Below, piece by piece: positions 1 to 6,540 of a DNA stretch of 30,021 bases. The stretch comes from a virus. Its lineage: Duplodnaviria > Caudoviricetes. The position numbers and the translations under genes are program-made. The first letter of the stretch is position 1. Each line of letters starts with the position of its first letter. The DNA lies in the IMG/VR virus record IMGVR_UViG_3300002307_000167, positions 1-30,021 of that record; one strand, given 5' to 3'. Below the pieces are notes generated by a model. The model had not been told where the DNA came from. It did no database searches and was given only the letters and a program-made list of their open reading frames with translations.

Positions 1-28
1 TTACCATTAGAGTATAAGCCAATATAAC

Positions 29-129
29 TGGTGTGAGAGGTTGGATTTGAACCAACGGGCACCCGGGTTTCAAACCTGCCCCGCACCGTGCGCTACGAAC
101 TGACCTTACTAGATAGTCAGCCACCTCAC
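29..129 (-). ncRNA. tRNA-like RNA with canonical T-arm, acceptor stem and CCA but non-cloverleaf interior
   Basis: Minus strand GTGAGG...GTTGG-TTCAAAT-CCAAC-CTCTCAC-A-CCA; interior has hairpins CTGAC/GTCAG and GGGCA/TGCCC but no standard D-arm or 7-nt anticodon loop. Confidence 0.6.
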
Positions 130-189
130 ATGAAACTGATGCGGGTTTTTAAAAAGGGACCCGCGGCCCGCAGCAGCCTAAGCTGTAAC

Positions 190-214
190 TGGGGTGAATG
201 AGGAGGATCGAACT
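190..214 (-). pseudogene. 3' fragment of interrupted tRNA-His (T-loop, acceptor 3' strand, C73, CCA)
   Basis: Minus strand AG-TTCGATC-CTCCT-CATTCAC-C-CCA; the acceptor strand pairs with GTGGGTG at 1208-1214. Confidence 0.75.
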
Positions 215-247
215 TAAAATATTTTTCATATAGGCATAAATAGCAAT

Positions 248-1105
248 ATGAAAAAGTATATCCAATGTAAAATTTGCAACAAGCAAATGAAGCAAATAAC
301 CTCCCAGCACCTTAAATTTCATAATATGACTATTCCCGAATATAAAAAGTCTTTTGGGAACATATTATCAGAAGAGGTATACAGTAAGTGTAATACGGCT
401 GCTAGTAAGGGAAGACCTTTAGCTTCCGCCAAGAAACAACAACAGCGAACCGAACGAATTTTGCTAGCAATCAAAGAATACTCCTTAGAGCCAACTCGGT
501 GCAAGCAATGTGAAATAGAACTAAAATTTGAATCCAGGTATAATTCGTTTTGTTCTCAATCATGCTCTGCAAAATATTCAAATGCTAAACGATACTCCCC
601 CAAGCCTACCATAATCAGACCGCTATGTAAAAAGTGCAATAAACCCACTAAAGCTAAGTCCGGAGTTCATATAGAGTGCAGTAAGACTACATGCCAAATC
701 TGCGATAGGCAAATCTATTCAAATGCTACTAAGATGTGTCGATCTTGCTACATCAAGTCGGACCAAGCCAACGAGCAACGAGGAAGAACTTTCTCAAAGA
801 CAAGGGGGTATTATGAATCAAAATCCGGAACATTTTACTATATGTCTTCTCTTGAATTGGAATTTCTTAAATTGTGTGATCTGTATAATATTAGCGTTGG
901 AAAACCAAAACCAATGTCTTATTGGCATAACAACAAAAATCATTTGTATTTTCCTGACTTCAAAATTAATGAAACCGTTATAGAAATAAAAGGATATCTA
1001 ACAAAGGAAGACAAAATCAAAATGTCTTATTTTCCGGAAGTATTAATACTCTTCTCTAAAGATATAGCTCTATTCAAAGAAACAGGAAAAATTCCGGGTG
1101 TCTAG
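248..1105 (+). CDS. Zn-finger-rich PD-(D/E)xK free-standing (putative homing) endonuclease
   Basis: N-terminal CKIC...HLKFH finger, several CxxC and FCSQSC motifs, C-terminal YFPDF...IEIKG motif; ATAAATA just upstream of ATG. Confidence 0.75.
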   Translation: MKKYIQCKICNKQMKQITSQHLKFHNMTIPEYKKSFGNILSEEVYSKCNTAASKGRPLASAKKQQQRTERILLAIKEYSLEPTRCKQCEIELKFESRYNSFCSQSCSAKYSNAKRYSPKPTIIRPLCKKCNKPTKAKSGVHIECSKTTCQICDRQIYSNATKMCRSCYIKSDQANEQRGRTFSKTRGYYESKSGTFYYMSSLELEFLKLCDLYNISVGKPKPMSYWHNNKNHLYFPDFKINETVIEIKGYLTKEDKIKMSYFPEVLILFSKDIALFKETGKIPGV

Positions 1106-1170
1106 CGGGTAACGATCCCGCTACTCCGGCTTCACAGGCCGGCGTGTATCCATATAACACTCTAGACACC
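1097..1170 (-). tRNA. tRNA-His(GTG), G-1/C73, no encoded CCA
   Basis: G-GTGTCTA/TAGACAC-C acceptor, GTGT/ACAC D-stem, CCGGC-CTGTGAA-GCCGG anticodon arm, atypical T-loop ATCGTTA. Confidence 0.88.
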
Positions 1171-1184
1171 ATAAATTCTAAGGC

Positions 1185-1215
1185 GCCGCCGCTCTACCAC
1201 TGAGCTACACCCACC
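1185..1215 (-). pseudogene. 5' half of interrupted tRNA-His
   Basis: G-GTGGGTG-TA-GCTC-AGTGGTA-GAGC-G-GCGGC then breaks off before the anticodon loop. Confidence 0.75.
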
Positions 1216-1221
1216 ATGAAT

Positions 1222-1298
1222 TGGAGGACCCGCCCGGGCTCGAACCGGGGACCCGAGGCTTAAAAGGCCCCTGCTCTGACCTACTGAGTTACGGGTCC
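1222..1298 (-). tRNA. tRNA-Lys(TTT)
   Basis: GGACCCG/CGGGTCC acceptor, GGGGC-CTTTTAA-GCCTC, TTCGAGC T-loop, CCA. Confidence 0.93.
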
Positions 1299-1347
1299 GT
1301 AAAACTCTCAGCTTCGGCTGTAGACTGAACTTAATCAGTCTTAAAAA

Positions 1348-1421
1348 TGGCATACCCTGTAGGAGTCGAACCCACGCTATCTGGTTTGGAGTCAGAGGTG
1401 CTACCGTAACACTTAGGATAT
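1348..1421 (-). tRNA. tRNA-Trp(CCA)
   Basis: ATATCCT/AGGGTAT acceptor, TCTGA-CTCCAAA-CCAGA, GTGGG-TTCGACT-CCTAC, G-CCA. Confidence 0.88.
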
Positions 1422-1526
1422 ATGAAAAAGAAGGGGCGAAACCTTCCCCTGACTCAAGTGGCGCATTATATTCAGTGCCTTGTCTTGCCTGACCTAACGA
1501 CTAGAGCCTATTATAGATTTTTATTG

Positions 1527-1688
1527 TTACTTGTTATTGACAGCTACGCGCAAAGCACCTAAGCCAGAAGCAGCAAGCAGAGTATATACATACTCAGGGA
1601 TTACATATCCCATAGCCTGTGCAAACGCAATACCAGCAGTAATTAAAGCAACAATATATGTTTTCTTTCCATTTAGTAAATCAGTCAT
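1527..1688 (-). CDS. small two-TM membrane protein, holin-like (53 aa, MTDLLNGKKTYIVALITAGIAFAQ...)
   Basis: Own translation (below ORF track cutoff); AAGGAG RBS, ATAAATA upstream, two hydrophobic segments, GKKTYIV motif. Confidence 0.7.
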   Translation of the reverse strand: MTDLLNGKKTYIVALITAGIAFAQAMGYVIPEYVYTLLAASGLGALRVAVNNK

Positions 1689-1732
1689 TGAACATCTCCT
1701 TTATCAAGTGTTCAATTTTATTTATGCTATAA

Positions 1733-1806
1733 TGGTACCGCCTGAGGGATTCGAACCCACGCTGCCTGGGTTGGAACCAGGAGTGCTACCGTAACACTTG
1801 AGGTAC
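1733..1806 (-). tRNA. tRNA-Trp(CCA)-like gene with non-pairing acceptor stem (chimeric/pseudo)
   Basis: CCTGG-TTCCAAC-CCAGG arm and D-arm identical to 1348-1421; 5' GTACCTC does not pair in register with 3' AGGCGGT. Confidence 0.65.
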
Positions 1807-1813
1807 ATGAAAC

Positions 1814-1894
1814 TGGCGCGGCAGATAGGAATCGAACCTACATGTAATCCAGTTAACCTTTCTACAGTTTCGTAGACTGAGGGTATACTACCGC
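1814..1894 (-). tRNA. atypical tRNA-Arg(ACG): no D-arm, long extra region
   Basis: GCGGTAG/CTGCCGC acceptor, CAGT-CTACGAA-ACTG arm, GTAGG-TTCGATT-CCTAT, G-CCA. Confidence 0.7.
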
Positions 1895-1917
1895 TTGATA
1901 ATTGGCTGCATGAAGTC

Positions 1918-1994
1918 TGGTGGACCCTGAGGGATTTGAACCCCCAACATTCGGTTTCGAAGACCGACGCTCTATCCGGTTGAACTAAGGATCC
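1918..1994 (-). tRNA. tRNA-Arg(TCG)
   Basis: GGATCCT/AGGGTCC, TCGGT-CTTCGAA-ACCGA, TTCAAAT T-loop, CCA. Confidence 0.93.
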
Positions 1995-2003
1995 ATTGAA
2001 GAA

Positions 2004-2079
2004 TGGTGCCCACTGCAGGATTCGAACCCGCCGCCTATACATTACTAGTGTATTGCTCTACCAAATGAGCTAAGTGGGC
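2004..2079 (-). tRNA. tRNA-Thr(AGT)
   Basis: GCCCACT/AGTGGGC, ATACA-CTAGTAA-TGTAT, TTCGAAT, A-CCA. Confidence 0.92.
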
Positions 2080-2087
2080 GTTAAGTT

Positions 2088-2161
2088 TGGATGGGCCCCA
2101 GGGATTCGAACCCCGATTGACGGATTCAAAGTCCGCTCTCTTACCCTTAGAGGAGGGCCCA
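2088..2161 (-). tRNA. tRNA-Gln(TTG)
   Basis: TGGGCCC/GGGCCCA, GCGGA-CTTTGAA-TCCGT, TTCGAAT, CCA. Confidence 0.92.
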
Positions 2162-2165
2162 ACAA

Positions 2166-2843
2166 TCACTTACAAACTCTGCCCTTTTTCCATCCTTGTG
2201 GAATAGGAACATCGTTTTTAATCTTTTTATTTTCGGTTCCATTAGTTATCCACATCATTCCGAATTGCGAATTCCTAGAACCAGATTGTGAAACAGCATT
2301 TGCTGTTCCTATCTTCTTTTTTGTCTCGTCGCTATGAGCTTTTCCTTTGAATGTACCACCTGTAGTAGCTAGTCTTTCACGAACTGTTCGTGAAATCTCT
2401 GCCCTTCGTTTAGCAGCCCATTCTCCGTTTTCTTCCCATAACTTTCTTTGTGTATCTCTACCTCTATCAGCAGATTCTAAAGTAGCTTTCTTGACTGACA
2501 TTATATTTAATGTCTTCTCAAAGCCGTTTCTTATTTTATTAGTATTGATGTACCCAAATCCGCCCTGGCCACCCCGACACAGATTATAAGTATCTTGGCG
2601 AGAACAAAACTCTTCGGTTACGATATTCCGTTCTGCGAGGTTCATTTCTTCTTCGGTTTCAAAAATATGAAGGAATTCTTTTTTAAAGTTTTCTACTCCA
2701 TATTTCTTTTTAGCGGCACCGAGCAATTTTCCAGAACCCATATATCCATCGTCTAGATTAGTTGTTTGGTGCTTACCGACATATACTTTGCCATTAACAA
2801 GATTAGTTATTTGGTATACTGTATAGAACATAATTTTCTCCAT
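2166..2843 (-). CDS. GIY-YIG homing endonuclease (Seg-like) with NUMOD3-type motif
   Basis: YTVYQITNLVNGKVYVGKH...YMGSG; C-terminal KGKAHSDETKKKIG and WITNG; lies between two tRNA-Gln genes. Confidence 0.9.
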   Translation of the reverse strand: MEKIMFYTVYQITNLVNGKVYVGKHQTTNLDDGYMGSGKLLGAAKKKYGVENFKKEFLHIFETEEEMNLAERNIVTEEFCSRQDTYNLCRGGQGGFGYINTNKIRNGFEKTLNIMSVKKATLESADRGRDTQRKLWEENGEWAAKRRAEISRTVRERLATTGGTFKGKAHSDETKKKIGTANAVSQSGSRNSQFGMMWITNGTENKKIKNDVPIPQGWKKGRVCK

Positions 2844-2871
2844 CAGTATTTATGCCAAATAGCAAAAAGTG

Positions 2872-2944
2872 ATGCCCGACTAGGGTTCGAACCTAGAACC
2901 TACTGAGTCAGAGTCAGTTGATCTGCCAATTGATCTATCGGGCA
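2872..2944 (-). tRNA. tRNA-Gln(CTG), no encoded CCA
   Basis: TGCCCGA/TCGGGCA, GATC/GATC D-stem, ACTGA-CTCTGAC-TCAGT, CTAGG-TTCGAAC-CCTAG. Confidence 0.92.
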
Positions 2945-3045
2945 ATGTAATCTATTCATAAAAACACACATTGGGGCCAATCCTAACGTCATAGGTAAGG
3001 GGCGTTGTTTTACCATTATGTGTTTATAAGAATAGATTATATTTT

Positions 3046-3240
3046 CTACCTAAATGTCTTACCAAAAAGAGTGTTTCCGAACTTCTTTCTACGTTTTTTA
3101 GCAGAAAGAGTACTGCGGTTAATAGTATTAGGTGACCATTGTGATACATCATGTTTTTCAGATAAGACTGATAACGTAGATGCATATTCGGTAGTTTTCA
3201 ACATCTTACGATGCGTTGATTTTGCTGTTCGCTTATACAT
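3046..3240 (-). CDS. small basic hypothetical protein
   Basis: 64 aa ORF with AAGGAG RBS. Confidence 0.65.
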   Translation of the reverse strand: MYKRTAKSTHRKMLKTTEYASTLSVLSEKHDVSQWSPNTINRSTLSAKKRRKKFGNTLFGKTFR

Positions 3241-3280
3241 ATGAGTCTCCTTATATATGAATAGCCTTTTGTTTCTTCAT

Positions 3281-3465
3281 GGAGCGAAATATCTTGTCCG
3301 GCATTTCGGACTGATCCGCTCCCCGCCTTTTTTACTCTCTGCGTTATCTCCGCAGATTTCATCCCAGCGCCGCCCGTTCTTTTTTTATAGTGCTTTGCAG
3401 CCTCGTTCCGACTTGCACTTTTGTCAGTCTCTCACCTGACTGCTAGAGATTTTGCCTCTAGCTAA
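3281..3465 (-). ncRNA. multi-hairpin structured RNA candidate at the head of the tRNA array
   Basis: GC-rich noncoding stretch with stems CTAGAG/CTCTAG, CAGTC/GACTG, AGTGC/GCACT, CTGCG/CGCAG, GGAGCG/CGCTCC enclosing GTCCG/CGGAC. Confidence 0.6.
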
Positions 3466-3468
3466 TGG

Positions 3469-3500
3469 AAAACCCCAAGAACTTTATTGTCCCCGGGGCC
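3469..3500 (-). terminator. intrinsic terminator / attenuator hairpin
   Basis: CCCCGGGGAC-AATAAA-GTTCTTGGGG followed by TTTT. Confidence 0.65.
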
Positions 3501-3527
3501 TAAATAAACTAGTTTAACTATGTCTAC

Positions 3528-3671
3528 TTATCCACCGGGACTCTGTTCCATTGATGGTGCAAAGTCGCCGCGAATGCTTGTATTATACACTGCCGCAACC
3601 TTACCCAATAAGGACTGTTGTCCCCAGAGTTTGGTATGCTGTTTCAGCGATATATTACAAGTTGTAGTCAT
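3528..3671 (-). CDS. putative leader peptide (47 aa, MTTTCNISLKQHTKLWGQQSLLGKVAAVYNTSIRGDFAPSMEQSPGG)
   Basis: Own translation; ATG..TAA between a sigma70 promoter and the terminator hairpin; RBS is weak. Confidence 0.55.
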   Translation of the reverse strand: MTTTCNISLKQHTKLWGQQSLLGKVAAVYNTSIRGDFAPSMEQSPGG

Positions 3672-3757
3672 AGTATGTTTACTTAGTCCTGGTATTCAAA
3701 AATGTTATTTTAACGGCTGTTTTTGGCGATTTTCGTCAAAACAGCGTTACATTCACT

Positions 3758-3786
3758 CTTATATATCATTTCAAAACCGCTGTCAA
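3758..3786 (-). promoter_or_regulatory. sigma70-type promoter for leader/tRNA array
   Basis: TTGACA-17 nt-TATAAG. Confidence 0.75.
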
Positions 3787-3815
3787 TACTTTTTTCAACG
3801 ATTTGAAATTTTATT

Positions 3816-3992
3816 TCAAGCAGGAATTCCCACTTCACGAACAATCTTACGGGCAGCATATGCTACAGTAGTGCGAGTAATGTCAATCTGACCTTCGTCA
3901 ATCATCTTTTCACAGATGATTGCAGCGCCTTCAAAAGCATACTCTTCCCAGGCGTAAAGTTCAACATGACGACAAAATTCGATAGTAGTCAT
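3816..3992 (-). CDS. hypothetical protein (58 aa, MTTIEFCRHVELYAWEE...)
   Basis: Own translation; AAGGAG RBS; promoter directly upstream. Confidence 0.7.
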   Translation of the reverse strand: MTTIEFCRHVELYAWEEYAFEGAAIICEKMIDEGQIDITRTTVAYAARKIVREVGIPA

Positions 3993-4022
3993 AACTGATC
4001 TCCTTTTCTCACTCTATATCTT

Positions 4023-4051
4023 GTTATAGCACCAAGAGATTCATATGTCAA
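4023..4051 (-). promoter_or_regulatory. sigma70-type promoter
   Basis: TTGACA-17 nt-TATAAC. Confidence 0.75.
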
Positions 4052-4061
4052 CCAAAATATT

Positions 4062-4592
4062 TTACAAAACACATTTTGCTAAAGGAGGGATCACACACGC
4101 GATTCTAGCAGCAGCCTGAATTTTTTCCTGAGAAACACCATACCCCAACAAAAGATCAATGTTGTTTCGTATTGATTGTTCTGATTGATTTACGATTGCA
4201 GTGACCAAACAAAACAATGTAAACTGCTCTCTAGTGGAGCCACCGTTGTTAGTAAAGTCATCTATGCAAAAATCGTGGGGAGGTACTACCGCACGCTCAC
4301 TTAATGCAGTTATACTATATAACGAATAACGTGCATTTGTTGTTTCGAACAACACCGCCCTTGCAACTGCGTCACGAATATCATTTCCAAAAAGCTCTTT
4401 ACTTACAGAAATTTCAAACGCGATAGCATCGCCTGAGGACATAGCTGCTGCAAGTGCGCAAGCATGGGCATCAACTACATCTAGTGCAGTAGTAGACATT
4501 GCAATTTCTAGATTTTTAATTAAATCAGTTGCATATTCTGGAGCAGTCAATTTGACTGATTCTATCCAGTTTCTATTCATAGTAAATGCCAT
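4062..4592 (-). CDS. AhpD-like (CMD family) protein, catalytic CxxC apparently lost
   Basis: PEYATDLIKNL...ACALAAA N-terminus and IQAAARIA C-terminus resemble AhpD; start reassigned to MAFTM. Confidence 0.7.
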   Translation of the reverse strand: MAFTMNRNWIESVKLTAPEYATDLIKNLEIAMSTTALDVVDAHACALAAAMSSGDAIAFEISVSKELFGNDIRDAVARAVLFETTNARYSLYSITALSERAVVPPHDFCIDDFTNNGGSTREQFTLFCLVTAIVNQSEQSIRNNIDLLLGYGVSQEKIQAAARIACVIPPLAKCVL

Positions 4593-4613
4593 AGTAATCC
4601 TTGTATCCAGTTT

Positions 4614-4635
4614 GGAAGGGGCCGAAGCCCCTTCC
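4614..4635. terminator. GC hairpin with UUCG loop (minus strand) after AAA gene
   Basis: GGAAGGGGC-TTCG-GCCCCTTCC; no U tract on the minus strand. Confidence 0.5.
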
Positions 4636-4641
4636 TGTATG

Positions 4642-5697
4642 TTAGAGTGCAAGATAGCTGTAATCGTAAAGAGCAGCTTCCTTCTTGCGAGTGAGAACAA
4701 GACGGGCACCCTTGTTCTCAAAGATGAACTTACCTTCCTGAGGGCTGAGGTTAATCAGATTCTCAGGAGTAAAGCGAAGCTGGACATATTCCTCGGGACC
4801 TTCGGGGTTCGGATCGTACTCAATGTCGACACCGCGAGTTGCGAGCGGGTTACCACGCCAAGTATCAATAGTATTGTCAATTTCCTTACCACCATTGATA
4901 AGAGTGACCTCATACTTAGCACCCTCGTCATACTCGGGCTTAGCGTTAAGCATTTCAAGAGCATCAGACGGAGATTCGTCATAACGGTTCATTTCTTCAA
5001 CAAGCGCCTTGAGCATGTCAAAGTTGAATTCGGCAAACAGTGTAGTAAGACCGCAGACCTGATCAATATACTGCTTGTTATTCAGACGATCATTGCAGTA
5101 TTCACGAATGAATTCCTGATCAAGGCCCTTGAAGTCGAGGAGATAAAAGAGACGACCCGGACGATTGCGCATGTGACTGTTGACACGCCACTTGTCGTTA
5201 ACCGTCATAAGATAGAGCTTCTTACTGCTGAAAACACCATCAAGCAGGGTAAGAATCTGCTCCTGTTCATCAGAGCCATAGACCTTTTCAAACTCGTCAA
5301 AAAGAACCACGCACGGCTGATCAATATCCTGGAGAAGCTTGAAGAAACCATCACCAACCCAATCACGGTTGATCACGATAGTAGGAACACCTTGCTTAGC
5401 AAGCTGAATGCTAATATTCTTAGCAAGAAGAGTCTTACCACTACCCTTTTCACCGTTGAGAAGAACCCCAGTCTGTGCCGGGCGATCCCAAAAGCTGTTG
5501 ATAATACGATCGGTGTGACGCAGAGTATTACCGTAAAGCTTGGTAGGGATTTCAAAATCCTCAATACGCTCAAGGTAAAAATTACCAAAAGGATCGGTTG
5601 CAACAGTGTAGTTACCTGCAGGGAGCTTATCGTGAAGATCCATTGCTTCCTTGCTGGAAACTCGGAAAGTGTTGCCCGACTTGAGAAAATATGCCAT
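4642..5697 (-). CDS. AAA-family ATPase
   Basis: Walker A GEKGSGKT, Walker B VVLFDEFEK, LLTLLDG-like segment, RPGR arginine finger. Confidence 0.92.
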   Translation of the reverse strand: MAYFLKSGNTFRVSSKEAMDLHDKLPAGNYTVATDPFGNFYLERIEDFEIPTKLYGNTLRHTDRIINSFWDRPAQTGVLLNGEKGSGKTLLAKNISIQLAKQGVPTIVINRDWVGDGFFKLLQDIDQPCVVLFDEFEKVYGSDEQEQILTLLDGVFSSKKLYLMTVNDKWRVNSHMRNRPGRLFYLLDFKGLDQEFIREYCNDRLNNKQYIDQVCGLTTLFAEFNFDMLKALVEEMNRYDESPSDALEMLNAKPEYDEGAKYEVTLINGGKEIDNTIDTWRGNPLATRGVDIEYDPNPEGPEEYVQLRFTPENLINLSPQEGKFIFENKGARLVLTRKKEAALYDYSYLAL

Positions 5698-5753
5698 TTA
5701 AAATATACCTTTATTAGTGAGTTTTTAGAGAAATTCTGTATATTACATCCAAA

Positions 5754-6062
5754 CTATTTGGTATAATACAATCTAAAACAGGGAACCCTGTCTAAATAAA
5801 CCAGGTCATCAACGTCAGTAATTGTTACTGGCTTAGGATAACTTCCGTTGATGTATTTGTAATGAAATTGTTTTCCTACCAAGTTGCGATAATATGACAA
5901 TTCCTTTGTAAAATCAGCATTTGGCGAAAACGTATAAGCACGAACGGGAATAATCATTCCCATGACAACGTTCATGTAATTGCGCTTAAGAGTGGTTGTC
6001 ATAGTTGACACTCTAAAAGCAACTTTACCAGTAGTGTCGTAATAAGTTGATCTATCTGCCAT
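5754..6062 (-). CDS. hypothetical protein
   Basis: 102 aa ORF packed in the minus-strand operon. Confidence 0.65.
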   Translation of the reverse strand: MADRSTYYDTTGKVAFRVSTMTTTLKRNYMNVVMGMIIPVRAYTFSPNADFTKELSYYRNLVGKQFHYKYINGSYPKPVTITDVDDLVYLDRVPCFRLYYTK

Positions 6063-6072
6063 TATTATACTC

Positions 6073-6393
6073 TCAAAACTTCAGGAGGTTAAACGCAAGC
6101 AGGATATCCCGCTTATCTTCATCAACTGGATGAACTGCCAGTGCAGTATACTCACCGCTATTTAGATCAGGTTCAAAGAACTTTTCGTACTTGAATCCAA
6201 ACTTAGTGAGAATCTTTTCAACAGCCTCAAGGGCTTCTAGGTTACGCACACCTACACAAGTAAAATATGTATTATCTGCGTCAGCGTCCTTACCCAATAC
6301 GGACCCTAGCTTGTAGGCCACATGAGAACTCTGGACTAACTGATACTCCTTAAAAATATCTTGTCTAACGAAGATGTATAGATACCGCTTCAT
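6073..6393 (-). CDS. PTH2-like peptidyl-tRNA hydrolase family protein
   Basis: LYIFVRQDI...VQSSHVA...FFEPDL...TALAV pattern; start reassigned to MKRYL. Confidence 0.7.
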   Translation of the reverse strand: MKRYLYIFVRQDIFKEYQLVQSSHVAYKLGSVLGKDADADNTYFTCVGVRNLEALEAVEKILTKFGFKYEKFFEPDLNSGEYTALAVHPVDEDKRDILLAFNLLKF

Positions 6394-6460
6394 ATTATCT
6401 CTCTGTTTGTTCATTGTGTTTTCACTGTACACGAAGATTGTATGAATGTCAACCGAAAAG

Positions 6461-6540
6461 ATAAATAAAGATGTAGTTCGCGGTACGGGAATACCCAACT
6501 ACTCTAATGCTAACAAGGAGCACCAGCAATGACTATTTAT
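6461..6540 (+). repeat. endonuclease leader cassette, copy 1
   Basis: ATAAATA..GTAGTT-CGC-GGTA..TACC-C-AACTAC-TCTA-ATGCT..AGCAC-CAGCA-ATGACTATTTAT. Confidence 0.9.

Noticed and set aside
215-1184. Group I/II intron in tRNA-His
   Set aside because: Insert is filled by an antisense ORF and a tRNA, with no room for a ribozyme core, and about 20 nt of the host tRNA are missing, so splicing would not restore it
1162-2337. ORFs 1162-1353, 1531-1794, 1722-2042, 2074-2337
   Set aside because: They overlap tRNA genes or the real holin-like and GIY-YIG genes; spurious
3520-3891. 123 aa plus-strand ORF
   Set aside because: Antisense to the leader ORF, promoter and 58 aa gene, all oriented on the minus strand
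4552-5766. 404 aa plus-strand ORF
   Set aside because: Antisense shadow of the AAA ATPase; no motifs or RBS; explained by codon bias of the real gene
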